A stretch of DNA of 60,324 nt, counting the filler, from Sphacelaria rigidula (lineage: Eukaryota), in assembly GCA_964200075.2 (NCBI GenBank). It is 8 parts of 8 records of this genome, joined end to end, with 100 filler letters (N's around TTAATTAATTAA, not from the genome) between each part and the next. Parts side by side here need not be neighbours in the genome. Positions count along the whole stretch, not along the records: positions 1 to 7,454 come from CAXNAA020014847.1; positions 7,555 to 15,008 come from CAXNAA020014848.1; 6 more parts are not named here. One strand, 5' to 3'. The stretch's first letter is position 1; the number at the start of each line of letters is the position of its first letter. Shown here in pieces: positions 1-12,362 of this stretch. The notes below the pieces were generated by a model. The model ran no database searches, was not told the origin of the DNA, and worked only from the letters and a program-made list of their open reading frames with translations. Both the position numbers and the translations under genes were made by a program.

Positions 1-14
1 ACACCACGGCGCTT

Positions 15-135
15 CGCGCTTGGTGATTGAGTGCGACTTCGGTCCGGCGAAAATCCGGCGTGCTCCGTCCCGGCTTTGTAGGGATGCGAGGTCAATGGTC
101 TCGTGACTATGTCATGCACGATCATGAGTGAGTAC
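15..135 (+). repeat. Interspersed repeat (core ccggcgtgctccgtcccggctttgtaggga); copies at ~24684-24800 and ~58270-58317
   Basis: Direct sequence match among three contigs. Confidence 0.75.
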
Positions 136-1822
136 CCCCCCCCCCCCTCGCCCCTCCGTTCAGCACTCCTAACGGTCACGCGTACTTCATTATTTTGTAG
201 TGGTTATGTAGTCATCTGCTTAGATCTACCCTTCGACGTTTTCTCCCCGATTCTCTCCGTCTCTGCTTATTTTTCATTAGCTTTAATTCAATTGAGGGCG
301 GCGGGTTGTAACCTTTTTGAGGGCACGTCCCACGCTGAGCAAAAACTGGGAGGAATAGTTTTTTTCGCGGGGTTCAAAGATCAAGCTTGAAAAACATTTG
401 GAAAAAGGGGTAAATCCCGGGATGTATCAGCTGCGTGGAGGTGTATGTGGCGTCTGAATGGAGAGGGCGTTAATTCAACCCTTTTGGAACTCACAATGGA
501 ATATTGAACATTTGCAATTGACGGTTTTTGAGCAAGATATAGTTCATGGTTCACAGCCCAGACACAACAATTTTCGCCCAATGCGTATTTTGCAGACCCA
601 TGCGAGTGACAAGTAAAACAAAAAAAGGTTCTTCATCTACCGATGTGCCGCACCAGACTCGGGAACCCGTTGCTGTTTTTTGAATGAAATGTTTCACAGC
701 GTTTTTGCTAGTTGTTGTCGATAGATACATTTGGACACCTCATCCGTTGCGTGGTATGATTGGACAAACCTCACCCGACCTCCCCAGGTAGGACACTTTC
801 CTGCACCCGCCGCGTGCGATGCGGGATTCTTCTTCGGTCTTCCACCGTAAAAATGGCTGCCGCCGGCCTCTTCTGTTTCCATATTTTCCTCTTTGTCAGG
901 GCTTGTCATGATGAGGCGTTTGGCCCGGGGACAGGAGGGGAGGGTTCCAAAAGGTTTGACGCACGATCTCTCCGTGTCAAGCATGTAGTGTAACCCTTTG
1001 GGAACCAAAGTGCTGATTTTTGTTCTGTGCATCTTTTTGGTTAGGCACCATTATCTTGAAAATGAATGAAGACGATGCCGATTCACAGGAACAAGAAGCA
1101 GCACTCCCTGGGGGTCTAGTTCCCAAAGGTTTGAATCAAGCGTATCCAAAGAAGAGAAGAAACACGGTCTATGATCGATAAAATGTCCTCGAACAGCCCG
1201 GACACTTCTTGGAGTTTAGGGCCCCTCCGACTAGCATCTTATATTGGGATTAAAAGTTCCTCTCTGCTGATGCTACTAAATTATGGTCTACGTCAGGGTC
1301 GCCTTTCGCTCTCTGCCATTTTTTTTCAAAACCTCCACGCGTGCGAGACCCGTGGTGTTGATACCTGCGGCACTGCTGCCACGCGCGTTTGTCGTGGCTT
1401 ACCACTAGTCATCATTATCAGTAGTATTTACAGTTGTTTATTATCACTATCACGTGGTCATTAATCCCTCTACTGTTTGGCATGTCCTATCCACCCCCTG
1501 GAGAGGATATTCTATTGTAAAAAAATGTATTGCGTACAGTATGGAATCTATTGTCTAATGCAATAGGCGCAATAGTCGATACTGTACGCAGTACACTTTT
1601 TGACTGTGCATTCGTTTGCCCTATGGTCCTATCAGCATTGTAACGTACTGTACTCTCAAAGGACCTGAAATCTTGTGAATCACAAACATTCGACACGTGA
1701 CACGTGAACACCTGCGTGGGTGATATAGCGATCCTCGGAAGCTGAACTGCAACGCTGTACGAGCCCGGCTTTGGTCAACGTTTTGCGGTATCTTTTCGTA
1801 TCCAATGAGATGTATGTATGTA

Positions 1823-2871
1823 CAGGCTGACTTACAGATTTGACCCACAATTCACTCATCGGCAACTACCTTAAGCAATAGCTACCGATTAGTCCCATGT
1901 ATGGTATCATACTGACCGCTATGGACAGTTGAAAAAAAGTTTTCTTCAATGGCCATACCGGTGACGGTGGCGCTAAGGGCGAAAATGTACCTGAACTTGG
2001 AGATAAGAATTTTCAGCACAATTTCTACCCCATCGTGGCATGCCTCAAATCATAATGACCGTCATCAGCTCGGGAATCCAACAGAACAAGGATGTCCGAA
2101 AGCGTTTACGATGTGATAAAATTATACCCAAAACGCTGGTACCTCGGTGATGTGGGGTTTCGGCGTCGTCAGATTTCCACTGAGGATATGCACCACAGAC
2201 CTGGAAAGCCTCCTGACCGTTTCCCTCATATCTGTCGGAGCAAACCTCCAATCGCCCTCAAACTTGGCACTTCGGTAGGTATTGATGCTCCAGGTGAATT
2301 ATTGTTGAAGAATAGTTCACTCTCTCCGCTCCTCACCGTCTTCCGGGGGTCTACACGCCCGGACCCCCGGGAGCCGGTCCTGAATGCCTCTGAACAAGAA
2401 ATATGTGCGCGTCCCGGCGTCGTCCAAGGTACATTTACACATATGTAAGGTGCATAGGTGGAAACACTGATGGAATGGGGTCGTTCTCACGTGAAACGCA
2501 CGCGTAAGAGGTCGCTTCTATACTAGAATCAAGTAGTTGAGCCTACCCTCTAGCTCACTTGCATCGCACAAGGGCCTTTCACGCCGATTAGCGTTAGACT
2601 CTGGAAATTTGCACACGTAAACCAAGGGACATGACAAAACTTTCGATGGCAGAGTTTTTTTTCGTTGGTTATCGGGGGTCCGAGAAGGGCATCTTACTCC
2701 CTAGGACCCTGGGGTACCCTTGATAACCGAGGGGGGGAAAACACCCTTTAGAAGTTCCGTAATGTCCCATAGTATATGTGTGCAAAATTCCAGAGTTAAA
2801 CCCGAAGAAATGGCGTAAACATTCTGCGGGTGAAAGAAGTTTGGGTAATTATGATAGCGTTAACCAGCCTG
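1823..2871. mobile_element. Non-autonomous DNA transposon with TA TSD and CAGGCTG termini (Tc1/mariner-like); same family as 30454-32005
   Basis: ta|caggctg ... cagcctg|ta ends; internal 1890-2330 matches the reverse complement of ~31460-31910. Confidence 0.65.
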
Positions 2872-3519
2872 TATGCCGAGCAGCTCCTGCTCCATTCACA
2901 AGCACCGTCACTCGCCCCATTTGACACCAAAAAGTCGTTCATTCCGTGATGTACTTCCAACTCCTGTCTCATGTAACGTCTTTAACCCGAACAGCTGTAT
3001 TCACGTCATGATTTTAGTAGGCGATATAGGGTCCATAATAGGGTCTATCCCTGCCGTCTTACGTCTCCGGGATTGATGGGGTGTTGAGTGAACATCAACG
3101 GGACTTCAAGGACAGCCCGCACCTGCGTAACTTCCCCCCCAACAAAAAACTAGGGGCTGGATTCTGAGTCCCAACTATACCTACCTTCTTGAAACGGGGG
3201 GGCGGGGCCAGGAGGGGGTGAGGGGTGGATATCTAGTGTTGATATTCATGGTTGATATCCATGATTGATGATCGTGGTCACTTTCAACCTTGGCCAGAGA
3301 ACTTCGCCTCTTCCTTCTCTGTTGCTTTCCCTATCTTCGTCTCTTTCTCCATATCCCTTCCTCCCAGTAATTTTCTCCTTTCTCTGTCTTCCCGCACGGC
3401 TGCCTGATTGTATGTCTGCATCTGTTTGTCTTTGTCTGTCTGTCTCCTTTCCTCGTCTCCCTGTCCCTGTCGTGCGCGAACGTACGCAACGTCGAAATGC
3501 TTTCCTCGTTATTTTCCAG

Positions 3520-3614
3520 GCAGCGTGATTGCGACCGGCGGTGACGACGGATCGGTGACCGTTCTTAGACTCGACGGGATCGCGGTGCCTGCGGAAATAC
3601 GCAGCGCTAGCAAT
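3520..3614 (+). CDS. NEDD1: WD40 protein, NEDD1/GCP-WD-like, internal exon (GSVIATGGDDGSVTVLRLDG...)
   Basis: Pyrimidine tract + CAG acceptor; WD40 motif IATGGDDGSV; donor aat|gtgcgg gives phase 0 matching the next exon (donor choice uncertain). Confidence 0.6.
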
Positions 3615-4175
3615 GTGCGGAATACAGAGTGCGAGACGTTTTTGTGTACAGTCTTTATTATCTATTTATGTGCTGATTTTTCGTTTTTGATTCATTTGTT
3701 GACATTTCGTTTTTGATTCGTTTATTGATTTTTCATTTTACGTTTACATGCTGATCTTTCATTTTCTTGTCTTCGTTATTTTTATTTGTTTTTATTTTGT
3801 GTGACGTAATCTGATGATGAGGTTCGCCTCGCATTTCGTCCGCACCATGCACACACACACTCGTAGATGTGGTAGCGATGGAATGGGTATAAAACACACG
3901 TATTGCAGGCCATGTCATTTTTAAGTTGAAGGTATTTTGTCAATGGTACTGGGATATATAATACAGTACGTGCATACAGAATAGCATAGTTCGAAGTATG
4001 TGTGTGTATTTTCAAGAGTGCGCAGTCTATACTCTGGTGGATTCCTCAGTACTGTCACGTTTTCGACCCCACGTTGTCTGTTTCTTGTGCTCTTGGTTCT
4101 AACCAACCACGCGTCGACGTTTCGTGTCCTGTTTTCTCTTTATTTTATCATGGTACATGTATTGATTCTTCGCAG

Positions 4176-4250
4176 AAACCGATACTTGGGATCGCTTTCA
4201 GCAAAAAATCGCGGATTCTGGCTGCGGGAGGAGAAGCAGGCGTCGTCGAG
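4176..4250 (+). CDS. NEDD1: WD40 protein, NEDD1-like, internal exon (KPILGIAFSKKSRILAAGGEAGVVE)
   Basis: cgcag| acceptor, gag|gtactg donor, 75 bp phase 0-0; WD40 blade FSxxSRxLAAGG. Confidence 0.72.
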
Positions 4251-5465
4251 GTACTGTTGGTCATTATCCGGCCCACACGATATCGTCTTTTTTTCTAGAT
4301 GCACCCATATGAGGCAGTTTCCTCTCGTGGTCTTGGTACACACACAAATATGTATCGCGTGTTTTTTTGCCATTTTTTCTTTCACATGTCTTCACCAGAC
4401 GATAGCACAGAATGTACGGATAAGTTTCTTGAAAACACTCTACCGGATTCAGAGTTATGCGTACGCAGCGGGCCCAACATTTTGGAAAAGGTGGGTTTAC
4501 CCCAGTTCGCTTCGAAGGTTGACATTTTCGTCAGAACCTTGAACCTATTCCTAACCCTAAACCCAATCCAAAGGCATATCGAGAGCCCTATGGCAAGGAT
4601 GGCGCAAAGGGTGCCCCACAATTTTGCACACCTGACATCGGCGCCCGCTTGAACCGGCGTCTGTGACGCCCATTTGGACAAAACGCGTTCTGCGCGCACT
4701 ATATTAGTAGGAGCACTTGGGGCTGTGAGCCTCACGAAAGATCTGAATATTGGTGTTCACACTAAGATCAAGTGGTATCAACCATATGGCTAGTTTAGAG
4801 GCGAACTGGAACAAACTCCACTGCACCGAAGCGAGGGTCGATACTTTTAGAGAATCGCTCTGGAGTCAGTCGGGACCCCGGAACGGTTGGCGGTTAGACC
4901 CGCTGTTGTTTAGTGACCTGTTCTGTTGTGCTTGCATTTGCCGTTTTTCTTTTGTTATAGTGTTGTCCCCTGTGTTGTGCTCGTGTTGCCCTTCAAACTT
5001 GAAATTAGAGTTGTTATTGTTTGCTTTTATTTGTTGAACTGGCAGCGAATCAGAAACCATCGAACATCATTTGACTGACGCCTGAGCGTTTTCAAAAAAG
5101 AGAATGGAAAAAAAAGGAAGGCATGTTCAACTTCTTTCATGATCTCTCTCTCTGTCTGTCTGACTCCGGCTGCTTACTTTCTGCCTCTGACATGTATGCC
5201 ATATACCCTACTACATGAACTCTAAGCTGTCAGAAGTCCTTCTATCCCCCCGTGTGATGAATATATACATACAACGAAGGCCTTTTGTTCACTGGACTAT
5301 GTCATGGCTGTGGTGGTGTGTAAGTCGAGGCAGGCGATACTTATGCTGGGGGTCTCTTTTTGTTGCTCCCTTAATTTAGATGAATTTGTTGTCAGGCGTC
5401 ATCCAGAGGTTTCAGATTGCTTCACACCTTAGCATACACGCCGCGATAATCACTTCTTTAATGTG

Positions 5466-5570
5466 TTCACGGTTCGGACGAATCATTGCCGGTTCCAATC
5501 ACCGAATCTACGATTTTTCAGGTCTGATTGCTCGAAAGGGAGAAAAAAGTTGACCGTTGGTCAAGAAGGT
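5466..5570 (+). repeat. Interspersed repeat, second copy at ~7352-7454
   Basis: Shared cacggtt.ggac.aatca...aaagggagaaaaaagttga block. Confidence 0.6.
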
Positions 5571-5824
5571 CTTCACGCAGTTTTTGCGCCATTCCACGTG
5601 CCTGGGCTGCGCGCGTACCTGGGTTTCAACGCTGAAAACAAAGCCTAAGGATTGATTCGTACGGACGTACGAATCAATCACACTAAAATCAAATGATTTC
5701 CAGACGAATCATCATTTCGTCCGACCCTTGAATGCTTTTGTTATGGCTACTGTACTTGTACAGCTAGTTGATGTTATGCTCTCCCTACCTCCACCCCGCT
5801 TAACCCCATCCCTGCCTACGCCAG

Positions 5825-5983
5825 GTGTGGCACTTGAATCGCAACTCTTTCCGGGTGACCATGACGGGTCACCGAGGCGCGGTGTCGTGTGTATCGTTTT
5901 TGGATCAAGATACCAGGGTTGCTGCGGGAGACGAGCGCGGCCGGGTACTGCTCCACAAGGTCGACGCGCCGCCAGAGGAAGAG
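5825..5983 (+). CDS. NEDD1: WD40 protein, NEDD1-like, internal exon (VWHLNRNSFRVTMTGHRGAVSCVSFLDQDTRVAAGDERGRVLLHKV...)
   Basis: ccag| acceptor, gag|gtgtgc donor; joins in frame as GVVE|VWHL; GH...V..V.F WD40 motif. The blade order resembles the NEDD1 N-terminus from recall; WD40 identity is firm, orthology is moderate. Confidence 0.75.
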
Positions 5984-6863
5984 GTGTGCGTGATGTGTGC
6001 GTGTGCTTGTATTTGTTATCCAATATATGTCGTACTCCAGTTGGCGTGTCGATAGTCTTGATACATGTATCTCTTGTTGTTGGTTTTGCTCTGTTTGAGT
6101 CTCAGAGAGGAGCCGCTCAGTAAGCGGTTCTAACTGTCTCGTGTAAGGATTAGCAGTGACGCTAATGGAAAGGCGACCCTACGTCTGTGACCACGGGTTC
6201 GACAGATCGGGCTAATGTGTGGAAATAATGATGACGATAATCTTGCACGGTGCGCATGAATATAAGCGTGATTCGACACATTCTCAATATTGTACGAATC
6301 ATTGATACGATTCGTCCACAATTTGAGATTCGTACGACGTTACTTGCAGTGTTCATCTCCAGTTCGTGATTTGTGCGGTACATCGTCGGAGGTACACGTT
6401 TCCAACCTTCCATTTGTGCGGTATGAATCATCGGTACGAGCTGAGCCAGGAGCAAATCCTGCGTTCGCTTCCCCCACCACAATTTCTCGAGTTTCTCAAA
6501 TCAGCGCGGCTCGAGCATATCGCTGTGAAGTGTAAACCAACCTGGTAACACCCGGCACCGCCGTTGGTCGATTGGCGTAGTATTGGCAGTGATGTTATTA
6601 TACTACATTAAGTACCGGGTACGTCTCTTGTCGTTGCGTGACAGCGGATCTGGAGACGTTTCGTCCCACAAAATATGTTGAAATCACGATAAACAGTTGC
6701 GCCGCATAGCCACACGCACACCCGATATGCGCAGGCAAGAGCACACTGGTAGTGCTGCAAGATGTCATCAAGCTCGTCAAAAGCTACATCATGGGAGAGA
6801 ACCTCCAAGCCAACTGTCGTATATCACCGTACGAGGGAGAAGTCCCACCTGAAACTGCGCTAT

Positions 6864-6902
<39 letters not shown>

Positions 6903-7094
6903 CACCAAAAAAAATGTCACCCGCGGGGGGGGGGGGAAAAAAANNNNNNNNNNCGAGAGCACCGGAACGGTGAGAAGCCCCACGTCAAACCCCCCCCTCC
7001 CCCCCCCCCCCCCCCAAATCGAGACCGTCACCAAATATGGAGACCATTTGCGACCCGGGAGGTAAGAAAAATTATGCACGACTGGATTATGCAC

Positions 7095-7175
7095 AAAAAA
7101 AGTGGTCATGTCGGGATTCGAACTCGTGACCTGTGTAATTTGAGGCTGTTGTTTCAGTTTGACCAGTGAGGCGCA
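7095..7175 (-). mobile_element. tRNA-derived SINE-like head
   Basis: Minus-strand B-box GAGTTCGAATCCC and degenerate A-box; no acceptor stem. Confidence 0.45.
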
Positions 7176-7454
7176 GCCGTTGCGCAGCCGTTGCGCGCGA
7201 AGTATGCGACGCGATGGTTAATTCGAGGTATGTTTGGCTGAAATTGTATCAGGATGTCCTTGACGCGAGTGCCCGCAACCCACTCGCAATTGCAGCCGTT
7301 TTTATCATTTTTTCACGAAGTTATAGTATTTACCCTGTTTTTGCCAAAACTTCCACGGTTAGGACAAATCACCACGACTCAAAATCACCAAATTCACGAT
7401 TTTTTCGGCCTAAGTGACCAAAAGGGAGAAAAAAGTTGAAGGCTGGTCCAAGGG

Positions 7455-7554
7455 NNNNNNNNNNNNNNNNNNNNNNNNNNNNNNNNNNNNNNNNNNNNTT
7501 AATTAATTAANNNNNNNNNNNNNNNNNNNNNNNNNNNNNNNNNNNNNNNNNNNN
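7455..7554. other. Artificial contig linker (44 N + TTAATTAATTAA + 44 N)
   Basis: Identical 100-bp spacer recurs seven times; the core places stops in all six frames. Confidence 0.97.
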
Positions 7555-9414
7555 CGCTAGTGTTTCGCGTCTTTCGTGCAAGAGAAATATGCCACTTCAT
7601 CCCCATTTTAGAGATCAACCCCAAAATTTAAAATCGGCTGTTATTCTCAAGTCAAGTGACTTAACCGTCACTCTCCGCACCTCTGCATAAACTGCAGAAG
7701 ACAGTTGCCACATCGGCACACCATCAAGAGTGAAGCCATATTCCTTCACTTTTCACACTTGTTGACAGTACAGTGCTTGTTGCCGCCTTTTTGGTTTCTC
7801 TAAAAGCACAGTACTCTGTATGAAATACACCACACCCACAGGCGAGTGAATACATACAGAAAAGTCCACACAATATGATGAGTGTTCATGGCGTGATTGG
7901 CTGGAAATACTGGAACGTCGAGACTTGAGACGTTGCCTACAACGCTGTGACAAGCCGGACATTTGAGCGCTGGTTGCGGGTTTCTTCTTGTTAAGTGTAT
8001 TGGATTTCTCAACTAGGGAGACACGGGAGAACATTCACTGGTCGGAATTTGTCTACTTGCTTTCAAGTCCTTGTAAGCAGGGCAGTGAACGCCCAAAACA
8101 TGCTCGTGCCACGGTTGCACTTCTGTCCCGTGCTTCACGTTCGCTGGTCGGCGTTGTTTATCAATGGGTGCAGTCGAGTGTTCAGGGGCTCATGTGCACG
8201 GATGCTGTGATTGCGTTGCAGTAAGACGAAAGGAGGAGAGATATACCGGGTTTCGTTTTCCAGCATGCCTGTGCTTTGCTTGATACATTGACGAGATTGC
8301 ATTTTAACAAAGAAAGTGCCACCACTGCAACAGCTGGATGACACAATGGCATGTTTGCTCAACACTCTTGTGTAGAAATATGGGATTTTGTGGCTCCAAG
8401 TGCATAAGTGGCGCGCCACAAAGCACTTCAACGATGGTTGGATTCCACCTCCGTAATCTCTAGGTGTGCTATGAAGGCCGCTTGCGAAGTGCACAAAAGA
8501 CAACCCAATACACAATCTCCGAAATTTGTCGTTAGTCCACCGGAACACCCCGAACGAGGAAACGCATATCTCTTGTACGTCGTCATGTTCCACTTCTCCA
8601 CAGTCCGCAGTATAGCCTGACTCCCTAATTTCTGTTCTAACTCAAAACCGATCAGTCACTATTCCTCCACATGAGTATACACACCTCTTCGAATGGCTGC
8701 ATCAATTTCAGAAACCCTCCCTGTCCAATATCTCGTGAAGGAAAGACCGGGATGATCAGCAACAGCCATGCAGAAGTAGTGGGACTTAAAAGCAGGGGAT
8801 CCTGGAAAATGGGGATTGAACATTAATATGGGGCTCATCCCCCCGATTCGAATATTCCCTTTTTCTCCGGACTAGTTTGGCAGAAACAACCATCTTGGGA
8901 CTTTATCTGTCTTCTGAACCTTCTCCTAGCTCGCCTTGTGGCGCATTGTTGCTCCAGTTTCTAAAGCCATATGTCTCTTATTCCATACATTTCAGGGGGC
9001 CTCACCAGGTGAGGAAAGCCGTTCCATCAGATTCCTCCATCTGTGAATAATGTAATGCTGAATCGTTTTTCGAATCCTAGGAAAACCCGCGAAGGGCAGG
9101 GAATTTCCCACCTATGAAATTTCCTTTTTTTACATCTGTAAAATGTTTCCTGTTGAAACGGATTTGTTTTTCCGGAATACAAACGGCTGCAGTATACTTC
9201 CCAACAAAGGTAATGTTCCAAGTCCGTTCAGCTGCCAAGCCATGACGCCGGATTTGCACCCCAGGTTTACAATCATGTAAACAACACTGTAAACAACGCT
9301 GCTCAACTTGGCTAGAGTAGTACTCATTGGAATGAACAACCGGAATAATACCCGTCGGAAGTCCGCGAGGAGGGTTATTGCGATTTTGTGACCATGATCA
9401 AATGGCCGAGAAAA

Positions 9415-9494
9415 TATATCACGGGTGAGAATCGAACTCCGGACGTTAGCTTTTTCGTGATAAGTCTGTTCAGTAACCACTCAGCTACTTAGCC
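9415..9494 (-). mobile_element. tRNA-derived SINE-like head (Pol III A and B boxes)
   Basis: Minus strand TAGCTGAGTGG and GGAGTTCGATTC; the 5' and 3' ends do not pair, so not a tRNA. Confidence 0.55.
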
Positions 9495-11101
9495 AGCGTT
9501 GACTCAGTAGCTCAGTGGTTACTGTGCTTCTCAACAATCAATAGTGTTCCCTCTTTGATCATATCCAGAGACGTTCTAATATACCCTGGAACAAATTGGC
9601 ATGACACCCGAAGGCAGCCGGCGAAAGATCCCCCTTCCACCGGGTGAGAGCCGTTTCGAATGTATGAAAGGAGATACACATGATCGATTACACGTACGCT
9701 CAAGGATGATGCGTGTAAGGAGCAGGGGGGCTGATCGATTTTGCCCGCACCAAAGTTCCGCGGAAGTATATCGTGATTCTAGGAGCTCGTACCTCGGAGA
9801 GGGATCGGGTATAGACGACCAATTGAAGGTGTTATGGTCGGTGCATTTATTTGGAGGTTCATCGGAGTATTCATGTCATAAAGTATGGATATTCATCATA
9901 TAGGTAACATGGCGTGTCATATAGGTAACACATCACCCGCGTGTATTTCCGGGAGGGGGGATGTGCCCCAACTTTCCAGTCTCTTTTCAGTGTGTATCTT
10001 CTGAGTTTTTGAAGTACTTTTCAACTGTGTGTTATTTTCATGACATAATATATGATTCATTATCTCCACTGGCCTCGACCGGCCTACCGCGTATCCCGAC
10101 GATGCACCCGGACTACATGACATCCGATGATGCTAGCATAATCGCAACAGAGGTACAACGGTGCCTTGTGGCGTGGTGTCCTGTAAATGAATCTTGCCTG
10201 GGCCAGTCATGGGCCAGAAGCACGTCAAAATAAGAGGGTGCTGAAAGTCATGCACTTGTTCATTACATTGTTTCAAACCTGACGACCGAAAGCTCAATAG
10301 CCAAAGACGCGGGAAACCAGAGGATTAAAGAGACCGAACTCCGATCGCCTGCAGAAACGCGTACATGATGATTGCACACATGCCCTCATTTATGAGATTA
10401 CACGTGAGTGACGTTCATCCTATTACCTGGCACGTTGGCTTTCGATGACGCTTCATGGTTCCCATAACACAAACAATGGTCAAGCATCATTAATATTTCT
10501 AATCACCCGGTTGACCGCCGAATAGAAAACCGCTCCAACAGTACGTAGCCATTACAAATTACAACATTTCTCAGTGTATACACTTCCCTAGTTTATTGCC
10601 GAAGCGTTGGCGGATGCAGTCAGTGACCATGGACAGAGACCCTTGGAATGGAGACCTCTGAGGTGGTGAACACGCCCCCCCCCAAGCTCTTCTCCAGCAG
10701 TTCTCTCTACTAGCGAAGGCCCCGATGTATCTTCTGGAGCGGCCGCTGCCCCGTCGTCGCCCGTCTCGCGGCTTGGGCTGAGGAGCGAAGCTGGGCGTGC
10801 CGCATATGCAAGCGTGTGTTCGGCAAAAATGCTGTGCGCGATTTCCAAGAGGAAGTACTGAAAAACCATGAAGAAGGCTGAAGACACAGAGGGTGAGTGG
10901 TTTCAGAGTTGCCAACCTCAAACGATGATCCAAGGCGGCACGTTGATAGCAAAGGTATAAGCTGTGTGACTTTGTTTTGAGAGATAGTTATGGAAAAGCC
11001 AAGCATCTATGCATACATATCCAAACTCTGAATACTACCGCCTCTCTTCTACACGACTATGTAATGCGCAAACTGCTTGCGAGAACTACTGTAAAATACT
11101 T

Positions 11102-11211
11102 CACGGGTGGCCACTGGTGTGCCTGCAGCCTCAAATTTGGACGTTACAGACCTTGTGCAACGTCTGTAACGTCCAAATTTGAGGCTGCAGGCAACCCAGT
11201 GGCCACCCGTG
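11102..11211. repeat. Near-perfect 110-bp palindrome/hairpin (mini-MITE or hairpin RNA candidate)
   Basis: cacgggtggccactgg..gcctgcagcctcaaatttggacgttacagac followed by its reverse complement after a ~10-nt loop. Confidence 0.85.
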
Positions 11212-12362
11212 TACATCTGGCCGGCATCATAAGTCGGGTTTGGAAATCCGGCTATTTGAGTCGGATTTGTCATATCTCGGTCATTTAGTAGCTGTGGGAC
11301 GTCCGACAAGTTTGAATTGCGCTCAAATATCATGTTGGATGAAAGAAACAAATCCGAGACAAGGGGGGGATGGTTCATTGTCATCCCTTGATGGGGGAAA
11401 ATCGTGAAAATTCAGCTTGATTGCACCTAGCAGTCGAAACCCGGGTTCCGGTCGTGTTGTAGCCAGCAACGCCCCTTTGACAGAGGAGGAAAAGACAGTA
11501 ACGTCCCATCCATGTGCCGAATGGGGAAGGTCGTGCATCAAACGTGAGGGGGTGGGGGTGAAGTTGTCGTGTAGACCGCGCCGTGTCGCCGCCTAGCCGG
11601 AATCGCGTCGTTGCGCCTAACCTTTGAAGCTTCCCGTCGCTGGTGAGAGATGTCTTAAGCATGTTCGAGTGTGCCCTCAATCCAAACGCCTTGAGGTTGT
11701 AAGACAGCGTAGAATGGATGGGCAGTACCGAGCGCCGCAGCCAAAAAGTGCTGTGTGGTGCGGTCGTTAAGCGGAACGTCCTGGAGGCTTTTGGCCGGGG
11801 CTTGAAAGTTGGGGTGGTGATTTCGAGCGACTTCTGGTGGAGCGACACAAGGGTTTTGGATGGAACTTTCAAAAACAGCGGTCCTGATTGCACCGCACCA
11901 GTAAAACAGATGCAGGAGAAAAAACGGCCAGAAAAAGAGTAACCTGGGGTCGAGTTACGCCGCATAGTGTCCAAATTCGACCTGAAATGCCGGCCAGGGG
12001 AAGTACAATAATTGTTCGACAGTAAGACCCGGAGTCACAAGTCTACCGAAAGGTAAGTTGAAGAGAGCTGTGGTGTTTATGTTTTTTGTTGGGATGGCTG
12101 GGGCATGTCTTAGGCCGCGGCGTATTCATTTTTCATCCTCTCGATCGTGAACACGGAGAATGCGTGTAGTACAAAGCTGCACGACATCCAAGACATTTTA
12201 ACGTCGCATTGTTAGCAGAGGGAGCAGCCCTGTGCTGTCTGAGGTGTACGTTACCCACTTCCCTTTTACATCCTACTGTATGAAACACACACACACACAC
12301 CAGACAAATTGCATACAACCAGCGTGGATGGTACAGACTGTACTGCAGACAAACGACCATGC

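Noticed and set aside
6752-7169. Poly-proline ORFs and an AGKSTL P-loop-like word near 6730
   Set aside because: The prolines come from poly-C tracts next to an N gap; the GKS lacks the upstream G and follows a stop
7499-7510. TTAATTAATTAA recurring every ~7.55 kb as a biological periodic motif
   Set aside because: Always centred in 44-N blocks; it is an assembly linker
9415-9494. tRNA genes here and at ~7100, ~15340, ~24980 and ~41700
   Set aside because: Pol III boxes are present but there is no pairing acceptor stem or cloverleaf; these are SINE-like heads
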